The notes: generated by a model not told the origin, from the letters alone. DNA of 64,000 bases from Alphaproteobacteria bacterium (GCA_965202905.1 OZ241868.1:2524208-2588207); one strand, 5' to 3'; shown: positions 1 through 8,957, numbered from the stretch's first letter. Translations and numbers: made by a program.

Positions 1-2
1 CG

Positions 3-233
3 ACGACCCTGGGGCGCCGGGACGCCTGCCGTGCGCTGACGACGTTCACCTACCGCCCCCGTTATCGGCGCGGTCTGGGGCAGACGCTGTCGCATTTTCG
101 TATGACGACGGCGCTGGCGAAGCAGACGCCGGTGATCCGGGTGACGCGGCCGTCGGGCCTGTCGCGCATCGAGATGCTGGCGGACCGGATCGAGACGGCG
201 CTGCAAGCGCCGGAGCAGGCGGTGGCGGGCTGA
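3..233 (+). CDS. C-terminal part of an HPr-kinase-like (PadeK/ThcoK-type) lasso-peptide tailoring kinase, 5' truncated by the window edge
   Basis: Manual translation from nt 3: TTLGRRDACRALTTFTYRPRYRRGLGQTLSHFRMTTALAKQTPVIRVTRPSGLSRIEMLADRIETALQAPEQAVAG*. The TYRP..LG....HF.....LA...PV..V.RP pattern resembles the C-terminus of lasso-cluster kinases. It ends 11 nt before the sulfotransferase. The catalytic part lies outside the window. Confidence 0.6.
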   Translation, partial: TTLGRRDACRALTTFTYRPRYRRGLGQTLSHFRMTTALAKQTPVIRVTRPSGLSRIEMLADRIETALQAPEQAVAG

Positions 234-243
234 GGGTCGGGCG

Positions 244-1119
244 GTGTCGATCGTCTGGATCGCGGCCTATCCCAAATCCGGCAGCACGTGGCTGCGGACG
301 ATGTTGACCAACTATCTGCGCCCGGACGACGAGCCGGCTTCGATCAACGACCTGTTGGGCGGCGTGGGCGACAGCAGCCGGGTGATGTTCGACGATATGC
401 TGGGGCCGGTCTCGTCCGACATGACGGAGGACGAGGTGCTGCGCTGTCGCCCGTTGTTCCAGGAGTTGCTGGCCGCGGAGCGTCCCCATCCCACCTTCTA
501 CAAGACGCACGAAGCTTGGCTGCGCGGTCCCGGCGGCGCGCCGGTGTATTCCCGCGCGGCGGCGGCCGGCGCGGTCTATCTGGTGCGCAACCCGCTGGAT
601 GTGGCCGTGTCCTACGCGCACCACCTGAACCAGCCCGTCGATGAGACCATCGGACGGATGGACGATCCCGACAGCTATGAATGGGGCGGCAGGAGCCGGA
701 TCACGCACACCCTGCCGCAGCGCATGCTCACCTGGAGCGGGCAGGTGTCGAGCTGGCTGGACCAGGAAGAGATCCCTCTGCACGTCGTGCGCTACGAGGA
801 CATGCTGGCGGCCACCGTCGACACGCTCGGCGGGATCGTCCGCTTCGCCGGGCTGGATGTCGACGCCGCCCGGCTGGGCCGGGCGGTGGACCACGCGTCG
901 TTCGAGCGGTTGCAGGCGCAGGAGGCGGATTCCGGGTATCGGGAGAAGCCGACGAGCGCGCGGCCCTTCTTCCGCAGCGGGGTTGCGGGCGGCTGGCGCG
1001 AGTCGCTCGGCGAGGATCAGGTGCGGCGTCTGCTGGCTGCGCACGGGTCGGTCATGGAGCGGTTCGACTATCGGCGCGAGGCCGAGTCGTTTCTGTCGAA
1101 CGGCGAGGGCCGCCGATGA
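244..1119 (+). CDS. PAPS-dependent sulfotransferase (Sulfotransfer_1 family)
   Basis: 5'-PSB motif YPKSGSTWLR and 3'-PB motif LVRNPLDVAVSY; VRYEDM and C-terminal FFRSGVAGGW. Its stop overlaps the cyclase start (ATGA). Confidence 0.92.
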   Translation: MSIVWIAAYPKSGSTWLRTMLTNYLRPDDEPASINDLLGGVGDSSRVMFDDMLGPVSSDMTEDEVLRCRPLFQELLAAERPHPTFYKTHEAWLRGPGGAPVYSRAAAAGAVYLVRNPLDVAVSYAHHLNQPVDETIGRMDDPDSYEWGGRSRITHTLPQRMLTWSGQVSSWLDQEEIPLHVVRYEDMLAATVDTLGGIVRFAGLDVDAARLGRAVDHASFERLQAQEADSGYREKPTSARPFFRSGVAGGWRESLGEDQVRRLLAAHGSVMERFDYRREAESFLSNGEGRR

Positions 1120-2909
1120 TCTCGGGCTTTTACGCGCGGCGGGGCGGCGGGGCGGCGGCGGCCTCCCCGGCGGATGCCGGCCAGCTTCGGCCGGACCCGG
1201 CGGTCGGCCTGTCGGGTGCGGAGGGCCTGCGGTCGGAGGACCGTGAGGCCGGGCTGACGGTGGTGGCGGATTGCCGCCTCGACGACCGGGCCGCCCTGGC
1301 GGGCGCGCTCGGCCTGCGCGACGTGGAGTCGCTGTCCGACAGCGCGCTCATCCTGGGGGCGTATGCGCGCTGGGGGCGCGACTGCCCGTCGCATTTGTTC
1401 GGCGACTACGCGTTCGCGGTGTGGGATGCCCGCCGTCGCACCCTGTTTTGCGCCCGTGACCATGTCGGCGCGCGCGCCTTCCACTACGCGCTGACTGCCG
1501 ACCGATTCGTCTTCGGGAGCGCCGTCGGGTCGGTGCTCGCCGCGCCCGGCGTGCCGGACGCGCTGGACGAGGAGGTGGTGGCGGGGCTGCTGTCGCCGAA
1601 GGTCCGGATGCCGGTGGATCGCAGTTGTTTCCGGGCCGTGAAGCGGCTGTCGCCGGGCCATATGCTGGCCGTGGAGCCGGAGTCGTTGCGCATCGAGCGC
1701 TGGTGGCGGCCGGAGGCCGCACCGTCGGTCGCGCCGACCTCGGACGACGACCGTTCGCAGACCTTTCTCGCGCTGTACCGGCAGGCGGTGGGGGACTGCC
1801 TGCGCGGGGCCGAGGCGGGGTCGGTGGGGACGCATTTGAGCGGCGGGCTGGACTCGTCGAGCATCACGGTGCTCGCGGCCGAGGAGTTGCGCCGCCGGGG
1901 GGAGCCGCCGCCGACGGCGTTCGCGTGGCAGCCGGCGCCGCCGTCGGGGACGGCCGGGGAGGATGATGCGAACGCCGACGAGTATCGCCTCGTCGAGGCG
2001 ACGGCGAGCCGGGCGGAGACGCCGTTGGTCTGGTGCGCGCCCACCGGGGCCGATGTGGAGGCGTGGCTGCGCCAGGACGGGGCACGGGAGTGGGGCAGTG
2101 ATACGCTGCTGCACGAGATGTCGGTCCAGCGGGCTGCGGCGGCGCGCGGGGTGCGTCGGATACTCTCGGGCTGGGGTGGCGATGAATGCGCGTCCTACGG
2201 CGGTCGCGGCTATTACCAGGAACTGCTGCTCGGCGGTCGCTTCATCCGGCTGTGGCGGGCGCTTCGCGCGCGCCGGTCTTCTGCGAAGAACGCCCTGTCG
2301 GCGGTCGTTCTGCCCTTGCTGCCGTTCGGGATGGAACTCGCCATCCGTCGCGCTTTGGATTCGGAGCGCACCGCGCCGCCTCCGCAGCGCTCTTTCGCGC
2401 ATCCGGATCTCGCGCGTCGGTTCAAGCTGCGCCCGCCCGACCTCGGGACGAGAGGCGTTCGGCAGAGGCAGTGTAGCCTGATCGGGCTGGGTCATCTGTG
2501 CGAGCGCATGGAAGGTTGGGCGCTGGAGGGGTCGCGTCGCGGCATCGAGTACGGCTACCCGCTATTGGACCGTCGTCTGATGGAGTTCGTCCTGGGGCTG
2601 CCGCCGGAGCAGTTTCATCAGGGGCGCTGGAGCCGCTGGGTGATGCGCCACGCCCTTCGCACGGTGCTGCCGCCGGAGGTGTGCTGGTACACCGACAAGC
2701 GTGATCCGGTGCGTTTCGCGGGTTACCGGGGGAGCGTGATCGAGACGCTGCCGGTGCTCCACCGCGAGTTGGCCGGTCGCGCGGCGGCGCCCTCGCGGGC
2801 GCGCTATGTCGACATGCCGCATTTGCTGACCTGCCTGGAGGATGGCTGGCCGGCCGGGGAACCCTTTGCCCACCGGGCGCTGACGGCGGTGCGGTTTCTC
2901 GACTTCTGA
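1116..2909 (+). CDS. Lasso peptide cyclase (C protein; asparagine synthetase-like)
   Basis: ATG at 1116 overlaps the upstream stop. Motifs GDYAFAVWD, ARDHVGAR, LSGGLDSSSI, SGWGGDE and YPLLDRRLMEF are present. It lacks the catalytic Cys1 of true AsnB (starts MISG). Lasso precursors and a B2 gene lie next to it. Confidence 0.9.
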   Translation: MISGFYARRGGGAAAASPADAGQLRPDPAVGLSGAEGLRSEDREAGLTVVADCRLDDRAALAGALGLRDVESLSDSALILGAYARWGRDCPSHLFGDYAFAVWDARRRTLFCARDHVGARAFHYALTADRFVFGSAVGSVLAAPGVPDALDEEVVAGLLSPKVRMPVDRSCFRAVKRLSPGHMLAVEPESLRIERWWRPEAAPSVAPTSDDDRSQTFLALYRQAVGDCLRGAEAGSVGTHLSGGLDSSSITVLAAEELRRRGEPPPTAFAWQPAPPSGTAGEDDANADEYRLVEATASRAETPLVWCAPTGADVEAWLRQDGAREWGSDTLLHEMSVQRAAAARGVRRILSGWGGDECASYGGRGYYQELLLGGRFIRLWRALRARRSSAKNALSAVVLPLLPFGMELAIRRALDSERTAPPPQRSFAHPDLARRFKLRPPDLGTRGVRQRQCSLIGLGHLCERMEGWALEGSRRGIEYGYPLLDRRLMEFVLGLPPEQFHQGRWSRWVMRHALRTVLPPEVCWYTDKRDPVRFAGYRGSVIETLPVLHRELAGRAAAPSRARYVDMPHLLTCLEDGWPAGEPFAHRALTAVRFLDF

Positions 2910-3069
2910 GGCTTTCCGCCCCTCCACCCCCTCCACCCCTCCATGGGACGTCTGGAATCGAAGTCGTCGGGCGGGCGTTGGGCAGGATGAGACCGTGCGC
3001 CGACCGTGCGCCGGATGCGGATCGTCGAGAAACGAAAGTCGCTTTCGGTCCGGAGCGGCGGACGCTTCG

Positions 3070-3180
3070 CCGCCGCTCCATTCCGGGCCGCCCGGTGTTC
3101 GGGGCGCGGCGCCGCGCCGACGGAAGCAGGCTGCAACGCCACGCCTGACCGGTTGCGGACGGGCGCCGCCCGGTCGGCTG
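3070..3180 (+). pseudogene. Decayed 3' fragment of lasso B2 protease
   Basis: DNA resembles the IPGRLVFGVRRRTDGGGLQYHAW region of the intact B2 gene (about 4235-4345). Confidence 0.7.
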
Positions 3181-3195
3181 TACGGCGAATTCATG

Positions 3196-3224
3196 TTGAC
3201 CGGCAGGCCGCCGGTAAGTACGAT
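3196..3224 (+). promoter_or_regulatory. Sigma70-like promoter upstream of precursor
   Basis: TTGACC-N17-TACGAT about 80 nt upstream of the precursor ATG; the motif recurs before other precursor copies. Confidence 0.65.
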
Positions 3225-3304
3225 CGGCGCGTGTCGAAGGTGGATCGCTCACAGGCGGCCGACGGCGCGACAGCGCCCGACTCTTGAACTCAGGGAGTGA
3301 AAAC

Positions 3305-3477
3305 ATGACCAGCCATCGAAACGCCCTTGTACCCCCCCCCCCCCCCCGCAGGATGAGGCGCGGGAACGCTGGACCCGGCCGATGATCCGCGAACTGGGCC
3401 GCGCCCAGACGACGGAAAGCGGCACTGCCGCTGGTACAGCTGAGAATACCGAATATTTCGACATCGACGCGTCGTAG
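3305..3477 (+). CDS. Lasso precursor A1, core SGTAAGTAENTEYFDIDAS; out of frame at a C16 tract as assembled
   Basis: MTSHRNALV-(C16, 3332-3347)-QDEARERWTRPMIRELGRAQTTE|SGTAAGTAENTEYFDIDAS*. WxxPxI motif, Thr at -2, Ser1, Glu9. In-frame reading needs 3n+2 C. Confidence 0.85.
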
Positions 3478-3571
3478 ACCCGACTCTCGGACATCATGCG
3501 GATCGTCCACAGGCGGCCGACGGCGCGATACGGCGCGACAGAGCCCAACTCTTGAACTCTGGGAGGAGAAC

Positions 3572-3745
3572 ATGACCGACCACCGAAACGCCCTTGTACC
3601 CCCCTCCTCCCCGCAGGATGAGGCGCGGAAACGCTGGACCCGGCCGACGATCTTCGAACTGGGCAACGTCAAGGTGACGGAGGGCGCCACTGCTGCCAGG
3701 GATGTCGAGAGTGGTACTCATTACCCCCTCAGCCAGTCATCGTGA
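3572..3745 (+). CDS. Lasso precursor A2, core GATAARDVESGTHYPLSQSS; intact
   Basis: MTDHRNALVPPSSPQDEARKRWTRPTIFELGNVKVTE|GATAARDVESGTHYPLSQSS*. RBS GGGAGGAG. The C tract is interrupted by T's and stays in frame. Confidence 0.9.
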   Translation: MTDHRNALVPPSSPQDEARKRWTRPTIFELGNVKVTEGATAARDVESGTHYPLSQSS

Positions 3746-3940
3746 CGCACGGCCGCCGCCACTCTGCGGAGAGCGCGGCGCCGGGCTGACGAGGGCATCC
3801 GGGCCGAGGGCGTCGGGGCGCGGCGGCGGCGCCAGGGTTGTGTCGGCATACCGGCCCGGCATACCCGACGAGGCGAAGCCAGTGCGATTGCGGGGAATGC
3901 GTGGTTGCGCGGGGGTGCGGCGCACACGATTGGAGGGTGA

Positions 3941-4399
3941 ATGCGGCGGTTGAGCGCGTTCCTTCGTGCGCCGGCGTCGACCAAGGCGCTGGTCGTGGAG
4001 GCCTTGGTGCTGTTCCTGGCGGCGCGGCTGCTGGTCGCGCATGTGCCCATGCGCCACTGGCGTCGCCGGCTGGAGACCCGTATTCAGGCCGGCGACCCGC
4101 TGCCGGAGGGCGACCCGCGCGGGGACACGGCGCGGCAGGTGGCCCGTGCGGTGCGGGCGGCGGCCCGCAATGCGCCCTTCGCCGCCGTCTGCCTGCCGCA
4201 AGCCATGGCCGCGCAGTGGATGCTTCGCCGCCGCTCCATTCCGGGCCGCCTGGTGTTCGGGGTGCGCCGCCGCACCGACGGAGGCGGGCTGCAATATCAC
4301 GCCTGGCTGATTGTGGACGGGCACTGCCTGGTCGGCGGGGGAGAGATCAAGACCTACGCGCCGCTGCCCCCGATCGACGCGGTCGGAGGCCGCGCTTGA
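3941..4399 (+). CDS. Lasso peptide B2 protein (transglutaminase-like leader peptidase)
   Basis: AVCLPQAMA (catalytic Cys), FGVRR and YHAWL (catalytic His); 152 aa; RBS GGAGG. This is the only intact copy in the window. Confidence 0.92.
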   Translation: MRRLSAFLRAPASTKALVVEALVLFLAARLLVAHVPMRHWRRRLETRIQAGDPLPEGDPRGDTARQVARAVRAAARNAPFAAVCLPQAMAAQWMLRRRSIPGRLVFGVRRRTDGGGLQYHAWLIVDGHCLVGGGEIKTYAPLPPIDAVGGRA

Positions 4400-4517
4400 G
4401 GTCTTGTGCGGTCTGGCTTGCGCGGTCTGGAGTGCCGTGCGAGAGTAGCCGGACTGCGCGATGTGAAGCTGAAGTCGAGACCGAGACCGGAAAGGAGAGT
4501 GGGACAGGAACGACGGC

Positions 4518-4698
4518 GTGAAGAAATCACTCGAGAGCGCCTCCCCCGCGAGGGTATGGCAGCGCGGAGACGACGCGCTGGACCCGGCCGACGATCCGCG
4601 AACCGGGCCGCGTCTGGAGGACGGAAGGCGGCCCCGATCCTTCGGCATCTGAGAACGCTGGTTATTACGACGCCCCGATCTATGACAACAGTAGTTAG
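4518..4698 (+). pseudogene. Lasso precursor A3, core GGPDPSASENAGYYDAPIYDNSS; leader frameshifted or lacking a start
   Basis: RWTRPTIREPGRVWRTE|GGPDPSASENAGYYDAPIYDNSS* has Glu9. The VKK-type leader start (GTG 4518) is in another frame. Confidence 0.75.
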
Positions 4699-4714
4699 GG
4701 GCTCGACGCGACGA

Positions 4715-4955
4715 GTTGGCGTCTGCCTGCCGCAAGCCCCGTCTGCCTGCCGCAAATCAGGGGGGCCGCGCAGTGGATGCTTCCTCGGTCCGGAGACGGG
4801 GCCGCCGCTGCATTCCGGGCCGCGTGGCGTTCGGGGCGCCGCGCGGCGCTGACGGAGGCGGGCTGCAATACCACGCATGGCCGATTGCGGACGGGCGCCG
4901 CCCGGTCGGCGGGGGAGAGATCGAGACCTGCGCGCCGCCGCCCCCCGCCTGACAT
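4715..4955 (+). pseudogene. Decayed B2 3' fragment
   Basis: CLPQA, AAQW and GGGLQYHAWPIADGRRPVGGGEIETCAP remnants in shifting frames. Confidence 0.75.
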
Positions 4956-4970
4956 GGAAACCGGTCGGCC

Positions 4971-5519
4971 TTAAAGGCGGCGCAGAATTCGGGCCAATCG
5001 CGCAAGGGTTCGGAACGCGCCCAGCCATCCCGCACCCGTCGGCCGCGCGCGGCGGACCGCGCCGGGCGCCGGGATCGCCATGCCTTTCCGGGCGGATCGC
5101 CAATCCTTCGGGCGCTGCCATTCACCGGCCCACAACCCCGCTCGTTCGCGCTTCGCCCGGCGTTCGTCGCTGCTGTAGTCCGGGGGGCCATATTCGGCGA
5201 CGGCGAAGCCATTGCGGACAAGCCATTGGCAGGCGTCCTCGCGCTTGCGGCCGTTCGTCAGGATGACGCGGCCGATGGTTCGCCCGTAGCGGTCGGCCCC
5301 TTTCCCGGCGTCTTCGATGTTGATGCGCCATCCCTCACGCTGGCGGCGGCGAAGATACGCGGCGAAGGCTTCCGTTGCAGCTTGCCCGGCGTCGAATTCG
5401 CGGCCCCTTGCGTTGCGCGCCGGCTGGCCGTTTTCGGGCGCATCGATTCCGGCGAGGCGCACCGGGCCGACGCCCGGAATGTCGAGCGTATCGGCGTCTA
5501 TCAAGCGGCCCTGGCTCAC
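4971..5519 (-). CDS. Thermonuclease (SNase-like) family protein
   Basis: DADTL…VRLAGIDAPE…DRYGRTIG…LVRNGFAV…AKRERAGLWAGEWQRPKDWR. Likely start is GTG at 5519. Confidence 0.85.
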   Translation of the reverse strand: MSQGRLIDADTLDIPGVGPVRLAGIDAPENGQPARNARGREFDAGQAATEAFAAYLRRRQREGWRINIEDAGKGADRYGRTIGRVILTNGRKREDACQWLVRNGFAVAEYGPPDYSSDERRAKRERAGLWAGEWQRPKDWRSARKGMAIPAPGAVRRARPTGAGWLGAFRTLARLARILRRL

Positions 5520-5529
5520 AGGGGCGCGC

Positions 5530-5725
5530 CCTGGAGGTACTTCGCGACCGCGTTGCGTTCGGCCTTCGCGCCGGCGGCGTAGTGGGCGACCATGCGGGCC
5601 GTCTTCCACCCGCCGGAAAGCATGGCTTCGGTGGTGGACGCGCCGCGCGCGTTCGGGGCGGTTTTCACGTCGCGCCATTCGAGCGTGGCGGCTTCGGAGC
5701 GTCGGAGCGCGCCTTGTCGTGATCG
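5530..5725 (-). pseudogene. Internally deleted tyrosine recombinase (Cre/XerD-like) remnant
   Basis: GALRRSEAATLEWRDV (box I R..E) is fused directly to GASTTEAMLSGGWKTARMVAHY (box II with catalytic Tyr). Confidence 0.7.
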
Positions 5726-5856
5726 GGCGGGGCGTGATCGGGCGGGGCGTCGAGGCGAGCGAGCGCCCGGCGGCGGGGCGTTCCGCATCGCCGGCGCAAG
5801 CGCTGCGCCCGCCAGCCCGGTCGCCGCTGGCGACGGCGCGGGAACCCGGCTGGGGG

Positions 5857-6129
5857 TCATCGGCTGGTCCCCGTCGGCGCCGTGCGCGCGATCAACGCTT
5901 CGAGCGCCCGCATCGCTTCGGCGTGACGCTGGTCATCGGCGGCGATCCCGGCGGCGATTCCGGCGTCGCGCGCGCTGGCGTTCTGCTGCACCAGCCGCAA
6001 GCCCCAGGCGATCAGGAGGCATTGCGCGATCCCGATGGCGACGCCGCCGACGGTGGCCCATGCGGAGATTTCCCGCCAGCCCAGCGAGGCGGCGTGAAAG
6101 GCCAGCGTGGCGGTTTCGAACCCGGTCAT
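5857..6129 (-). CDS. Small single-TM hypothetical protein, copy 1 (90 aa)
   Basis: MTGFETATLAFHAASLGWREISAWATVGGVAIGIAQCLLIAWGLRLVQQNASARDAG…HAEAMRALEALIARTAPTGTSR; seven paralogous copies in the window. Confidence 0.7.
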   Translation of the reverse strand: MTGFETATLAFHAASLGWREISAWATVGGVAIGIAQCLLIAWGLRLVQQNASARDAGIAAGIAADDQRHAEAMRALEALIARTAPTGTSR

Positions 6130-6195
6130 GGCGGACCTTCTCTGTTCCGATCTGTTCCGATGATGCTCGTTGGCGACGGACGGCGCAATTCGATG

Positions 6196-6224
6196 TTGAC
6201 CGGCGGGCCGCCGGTAAGTACGAT
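6196..6224 (+). promoter_or_regulatory. Sigma70-like precursor promoter
   Basis: TTGACC-N17-TACGAT. Confidence 0.65.
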
Positions 6225-6314
6225 CTGCGTGTGCTGGATGTGGATCGCTCACAGACGGTTGACGGTGCGATACGGCACGACCGAGCCCAACTCTTGATCT
6301 CTGGGAGAGAAGAC

Positions 6315-6489
6315 ATGACCAACCACCGAGACGCCCTTGTACCCCCCCCCCCCCCCCCCGCAGGATGAGGCGCGGACACGTTGGACCCGGCCGATGATCC
6401 GCGAGCTGGGCCGCGTCCAGGTGACGGAAGGCGGCCCCCATTCTGAACTTACTGAGAATGACACATATTTCGACGTCAACGCATCGTGA
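6315..6489 (+). CDS. Lasso precursor A4, core GGPHSELTENDTYFDVNAS; out of frame at a C18 tract
   Basis: MTNHRDALV-(C18, 6342-6359)-QDEARTRWTRPMIRELGRVQVTE|GGPHSELTENDTYFDVNAS*; Glu9. Confidence 0.85.
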
Positions 6490-6759
6490 CGCACGGCCGC
6501 CGTCAGTCTGCGGAGCGCGCGGCGCCGGGCCGGTGACGTGAGCTCCGGAAACGGAGCGTTCGGTCCCCGGGCCGGGCCTGCCTCGCGTTCGCAAGCCGGC
6601 CGCACGGCTTCGTCGACTTGGTCTGGCCCCCTGGTCTGGCCCAAGGCGATGCCGGCCCGGCTCCCGGTCGGCCACGCGATCGACGTTCGCTGCGCTTGAG
6701 AACGTGTCAGCGGACCGTCTTGCCCTCTCGTGGATGAACCGGGGGATGAACCGGGGAGA

Positions 6760-6931
6760 CGGGGCCGCCGCTCCATTTCGGGCCGCTTGGCGTTCGGGGC
6801 GCGGGTGCGGCGACGGTGGGCTGCAATGCCACGCTTGGCCGGTTGCGGACGGGCGCCGCCCGGTCGGCGGGGGAGAGACCGAGACCTGCGCGCCGTTGCC
6901 CCCGCTTGACGCGGCCGGAGATCGCGCATAA
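6760..6931 (+). pseudogene. Decayed B2 3' fragment
   Basis: GGLQCHAWPVADGRRPVGGGETETCAPLPPLDAAGDRA matches the B2 C-terminus. Confidence 0.75.
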
Positions 6932-6998
6932 CATCTTTAGGTCTGGAGTACCGCGCGATAGCAGCGAGACCGGTCGAAGCCAGAAAGGAAACCGAGAC

Positions 6999-7172
6999 AT
7001 GAGCGACGGCGTGAAGAAGACTTTCAAAGATTACCCCCCGCAGGATGAGGCGCCGACGCGCTGGACCCGGCCGATGATCCGCGAACTGAGCCGCGTCCAG
7101 GGGACGGCAAGCGCCCTCGCTAGTGATGTGGTTGAGAATTCCCTATATTACATCCATGCGGACCTGTCATAG
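6999..7172 (+). CDS. Lasso precursor A5, core SALASDVVENSLYYIHADLS; intact
   Basis: MSDGVKKTFKDYPPQDEAPTRWTRPMIRELSRVQGTA|SALASDVVENSLYYIHADLS*; Thr-2, Ser1, Glu9; no long C tract. Confidence 0.9.
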   Translation: MSDGVKKTFKDYPPQDEAPTRWTRPMIRELSRVQGTASALASDVVENSLYYIHADLS

Positions 7173-7174
7173 AG

Positions 7175-7620
7175 CGCGGCGCTGGGCTGACGAAGGCATC
7201 CGGGCCGAGGGCGTCGGGACGCGGCGGCGGTATGCCGGCATACCCGACAAAGCGAATCCGGTGCGGTTGCGGGGATTGCGCGGGCGCGCGGCGCGCGGTT
7301 GATTAGGGCGAATGCGCCGGTCGAGCGCGCTCCCTCGCGCGCCGACATCGACCCCGGCGTCGACCAGGGCGCTGGTCGTGGAGGCCTTGCCGCCGTTCCC
7401 GGTAGCGCGGCTACCGGGCGCGTGCCCATGCGCCGCTGGCGTCGCCGGCTGGAGGTCCGTATTCGCGCCGGCGACCCGCTGCCGGAGGGTGGCCCGCACG
7501 GGCGCGCGGCGCGGCGGCGCGTTGCCGGCGCAAGCGCTGCATCTGCAAGCCCGGTCGCCGCTGGCGACGGCGCAGGTTGGACGGCCCCGACCTCGTCCGG
7601 CGCGGGAACCCGGCTGGCGG
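7175..7620 (+). pseudogene. Decayed copy of the B2 upstream region and 5' half
   Basis: STRALVVEAL…MRRWRRRLEVRIRAGDPLPEG remnants similar to 3780-4200. Confidence 0.7.
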
Positions 7621-7634
7621 TCATCGGCTGGCGG

Positions 7635-7940
7635 TCATCGGTTCGTCCCCGTCGGCGCCGTGCGCGCAATCAACGCTTCGAGCGCCCGCATCGCTTCGGC
7701 GTGGCTGGCGGCGTTCGCCTGCATGGCCTCTGCGTGACGCTGGTCATCGGTGGCGCGTCCGGCGGCGATCCCGGCGTCGCGCGCGCTGGCGTTCTGCTGC
7801 ATCAGCCGCAAGCCCCAGGCGATCAGGAGGCATTGCGCGATCCCGATGGCGACGCCGCCGACGGTGGCCCATGCGGAGATTTCCCGCCAGCCCAGCGAGG
7901 CGGCGTGAAAGGCCAGCGTGGCGGTTTCGAACCCGGTCAT
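7635..7940 (-). CDS. Small single-TM hypothetical protein, copy 2 (101 aa)
   Basis: MTGFETATLAFHAASLGW…DQRHAEAMQANAASHAEAMRALEALIARTAPTGTNR. Confidence 0.7.
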   Translation of the reverse strand: MTGFETATLAFHAASLGWREISAWATVGGVAIGIAQCLLIAWGLRLMQQNASARDAGIAAGRATDDQRHAEAMQANAASHAEAMRALEALIARTAPTGTNR

Positions 7941-8006
7941 GGCGGACCTTCTCTGTTCCGATCTGTTCCGATGATGCTCGTTGGCGACGGACGGCGCAAT
8001 TCGATG

Positions 8007-8035
8007 TTGACCGGCAGGCCGCCGGTAAGTACGAT
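8007..8035 (+). promoter_or_regulatory. Sigma70-like precursor promoter
   Basis: TTGACC-N17-TACGAT. Confidence 0.65.
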
Positions 8036-8125
8036 CTGCGTGTGCTGGATGTGGATCGCTCACAGACGGTTGACGGTGCGATACGGCACGACCGAGCCCA
8101 ACTCTTGATCTCTGGGAGAGAAGAC

Positions 8126-8277
8126 ATGACCAACCACCGAGACGCCCTTGTACCCCCCCCCCCCCCCGCAGGATGAGGCGGACGCGCTGGACCCGACCTG
8201 CGCGAGCTGGGCTGCGTCCAGGTGACGGAAAGCGGCACCCATAATGGCTGAGATGTAACGACAACGACGCATCGTGA
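8126..8277 (+). pseudogene. Lasso precursor A6, degenerate (C15 tract plus several small deletions); core resembles A7
   Basis: MTNHRDALV-(C15)… then GTGACGGAAAGCGGCACCCATAATGG…AACGACAACGACGCATCGTGA, which is the A7 core with deletions. Confidence 0.75.
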
Positions 8278-8539
8278 CGCACGGCCGCCGTCACTCTGCG
8301 GAGAGCGCGGCGCCGGGCCGGTGACGTGAGCTCCGGAAACGGAGCGTTCGGTCTCCGGGCCGGGCCTGCCTCGCGTTCGCAAGCCGGCCGCACGGCTTCG
8401 TCGACTTGGTCTGGCCCCCTGGTCTGGCCCAAGGCGATGCCGGCCCGGCTCCCGGTCGGCCACGCGATCGACGCTCGCTGCGCTTGAGAACGTGTCAGCG
8501 GACCGTCTTGCCCTCTCGTGGATGAACCGGGGGGATGAA

Positions 8540-8719
8540 CCGGGGAGACGGGGCCGCCGCTCCATTTCGGGCCGCTTGGCGTTCGGGCGCGGGTGCGGCG
8601 ACGGTGGGCTGCAATGCCACGCTTGGCCGGTTGCGGACGGGCGCCGCCCGGTCGGCGGGGGAGAGACCGAGACCTGCGCGCCGTTGCCCCCGCTTGACGC
8701 GGCCGGAGATCGCGCATAA
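8540..8719 (+). pseudogene. Decayed B2 3' fragment (duplicate of 6760-6931)
   Basis: Same translated remnant as the ORF-track entries at 6704 and 8492. Confidence 0.75.
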
Positions 8720-8786
8720 CATCTTTAGGTCTGGAGTACCGCGCGATAGCAGCGAGACCGGTCGAAGCCAGAAAGGAAACCGAGAC

Positions 8787-8957
8787 ATGAGCGACGGCGT
8801 GAAGAAGACTTTCAAAGATTACCCCCCGCAGGATGAGGCGCCGACGCGCTGGACCCGACCGACGATTCGCGAGCTGGGCTGCGTCCAGGTGACGGAAAGC
8901 GGCACCCATAATGGTCTTCTTGAGACTGCAACATATAACGACAACGACGCATCGTGA
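8787..8957 (+). CDS. Lasso precursor A7, core SGTHNGLLETATYNDNDAS; intact
   Basis: MSDGVKKTFKDYPPQDEAPTRWTRPTIRELGCVQVTE|SGTHNGLLETATYNDNDAS*; Glu9. Confidence 0.9.
   Translation: MSDGVKKTFKDYPPQDEAPTRWTRPTIRELGCVQVTESGTHNGLLETATYNDNDAS

Larger units (their letters stand above)
5880..8860. repeat. Tandem duplication: about 5880-7070 versus about 7660-8860
   Basis: Near-identical blocks (small TM gene, promoter, MTNH-type precursor, spacer, B2 remnant, MSDG-type leader). The precursor cores differ. Confidence 0.85.

Noticed and set aside
46-1044. Long antisense and alternative-frame ORFs, here and throughout (e.g. 1068-2495, 20983-23502, 36346-38712, 61035-63275)
   Set aside because: Shadow ORFs typical of about 70% GC DNA: Arg/Pro/Ala-rich, no motifs, and overlapping well-supported genes.
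1116-2909. Housekeeping asparagine synthetase AsnB
   Set aside because: No N-terminal catalytic Cys, and it sits beside B2 and lasso precursors.
2915-3060. Additional precursor right after the cyclase (CCCTCCACCCC… CAGGATGAG)
   Set aside because: Only a QDE-like triplet; no WTRP motif or core can be read.
3702-3953. Possible B1/PqqD (RRE) ORF between A2 and B2
   Set aside because: No convincing LN..G..IW..L or D...F...L pattern, and the same DNA recurs as decayed flank. B1 is probably upstream of the window.
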